Shown here in pieces: positions 62,725 through 64,000 of a stretch of 64,000 nt of DNA. The notes beneath the pieces were generated by a model. That model had not been told where the DNA came from, did no database searches, and saw nothing but the letters and a program-made list of their open reading frames with translations. Within the stretch, counting starts at the first letter, position 1, and each line of letters starts with the position of its first letter. A program made the translations under genes and the position numbers. Origin of the DNA: Candidatus Nanopelagicales bacterium (GTDB taxonomy: Bacteria; Actinomycetota; Actinomycetes; S36-B12; CAIYMF01); the NCBI GenBank assembly GCA_025456015.1, contig JALOLK010000001.1, forward strand, positions 22,846 through 86,845. The letters are read 5' to 3'.

Positions 62725-63408
62725 ATGGGCATCCAGATCTCGCCGAGCATCCTGGCGGCCGACTTCGCCAACCTGGCGGCGGAGTGCCGGCGGGTCGCCG
62801 GGGCGGCCGACTGGCTGCACGTGGACGTGATGGACCAGCACTTCGTGCCCAACCTCACGCTGGGCCTGCCGGTCGTGGAGGCGCTGCTGGCGAGCGTCAG
62901 CACCCCGGTGGACTGCCACCTCATGATCGAGGACCCGGACCGATGGGCGCCGGGCTACGCCGAGGCCGGCGCGGGCAGCGTGACCTTCCACCTCGAGGCC
63001 GCGCAGGCGCCGGTGCGCCTGGCCCGCGAGCTGCGGCGCCTGGGCGCGCGGGCCGGGGTGGGACTCAAGCCCGCCACCCCGGTGGACGCGATCGCCGGCC
63101 TGCTCGGCGAGATCGACATGGTGCTCATCATGAGCGTGGAGCCCGGGTTCGGCGGACAACCGTTCCTCGACCTGGCCCTGCCCAAGATCCGCCGGGCCCG
63201 CGAGCTGATCGGCGATGCCGACATCTGGCTGCAGGTCGACGGCGGCGTCGCCGAGGGCACGATCGAGCGCTGCGCCGAGGCCGGCGCGGACGTCTTCGTG
63301 GCCGGCTCGGCGGTCTACGGCGCCGAGGATGCCGCGGCCGCGTGCAGCGCCCTGCGGGCCGCCGCCACGGTGGCGGCCGGGGCCGGCCGCACCGCGGCCC
63401 TGCGATGA
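62725..63408 (+). CDS. rpe: Ribulose-phosphate 3-epimerase
   Basis: [44 protein letters not shown]. Confidence 0.97.
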   Translation: MGIQISPSILAADFANLAAECRRVAGAADWLHVDVMDQHFVPNLTLGLPVVEALLASVSTPVDCHLMIEDPDRWAPGYAEAGAGSVTFHLEAAQAPVRLARELRRLGARAGVGLKPATPVDAIAGLLGEIDMVLIMSVEPGFGGQPFLDLALPKIRRARELIGDADIWLQVDGGVAEGTIERCAEAGADVFVAGSAVYGAEDAAAACSALRAAATVAAGAGRTAALR

Positions 63409-64000
63409 GCCGCGTCGCCGCGCGCGCCGCGGGTGGCGGCACCGCCACGCAGGCCGAGCTCGCGGCGATGCGCCGGGCGCTCGCGCTGGCCGCCACGCCG
63501 GGCGTGCCGCACGGCCCGAACCCCCGGGTCGGCTGCGTCCTGCTCGATGCCGCCGGTCGAACCGTCGCCGAGGGCCACCACCGCGGCGCCGGCACCCCCC
63601 ACGCCGAGGTCGAGGCCCTCCGCGCGGCCGGGGTCGCGGCCGCTGGGTCGACCGCCGTGGTCACGCTCGAGCCCTGCCGCCACACGGGGCGCACCGGCCC
63701 CTGCACCGACGCCCTGCTCGGGGCCGGGGTCGCCCGCGTGGTCTACGCCCAGGCCGATCCCAACCCGGTGGCGGCCGGTGGCGCGGCCCAGCTGGCCGGG
63801 GCCGGCGTCGAGGTCGTCGGCGGGGTGCTGGCCGACGAGGCGACGCTGCTCAACGCGGCGTGGACCTTCGCGCTCGTGCATGGGCGGCCCTTCGTGACGT
63901 GGAAGGTGGCCGCGACGTTGGACGGCCGGGTGGCCGCCACCGACGGGAGCAGCCGCTGGATCACCGGTGCCGCGGCACGCGCCGACGTGCACGCGCTGCG
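63405..64000 (+). CDS. ribD: Riboflavin biosynthesis deaminase/reductase, N-terminal part (runs off window; absent from ORF track)
   Basis: My translation from ATG 63405: [51 protein letters not shown]. Confidence 0.95.
   Translation, partial: MSRVAARAAGGGTATQAELAAMRRALALAATPGVPHGPNPRVGCVLLDAAGRTVAEGHHRGAGTPHAEVEALRAAGVAAAGSTAVVTLEPCRHTGRTGPCTDALLGAGVARVVYAQADPNPVAAGGAAQLAGAGVEVVGGVLADEATLLNAAWTFALVHGRPFVTWKVAATLDGRVAATDGSSRWITGAAARADVHAL

Overview
Very high-GC actinobacterial chromosome segment with a conserved housekeeping backbone: hisC(partial)-hisB-hisH-hisA/priA-hisF-hisI-trpE-trpC-trpB-trpA, dsbA-lgt, gltB-gltD, pyk, bldD, pyrR-pyrB-pyrC-orf-carA-carB-pyrK-pyrD-pyrF, gmk-rpoZ-coaBC-metK-priA(primosomal)-def-fmt-rsmB-rpe-ribD(partial). 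Inserted into it are sbcDC, a RidA protein, a secreted FN3+GH18-like protein, plsB/plsC-like acyltransferases, an OmpR-type two-component system, VKOR, a kinase-M23-aminotransferase fusion, an acyltransferase_3, a PQQ sugar dehydrogenase, a TPR-AAA ATPase/TPR membrane protein pair, a GNAT and an MFS transporter. I found no rRNA, tRNA, CRISPR array, transposase or integrase. The main oddities are: (1) mIHF fused in frame to guanylate kinase and coupled to pyrF; (2) the TPR-AAA + TPR-membrane module; (3) PafBC/RecA-NDp-like promoters before sbcDC and priA; (4) about 11 leaderless promoters, several restarting the backbone after an insertion; (5) REP-like palindromes, one apparently translated inside carA; (6) a possible CTG start for coaBC; (7) a non-canonical GH18 catalytic motif; (8) DosR-like boxes and an SD-sequestering gltB leader. 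All calls come from motif recognition by eye; no database search was run, so novelty is unverified.
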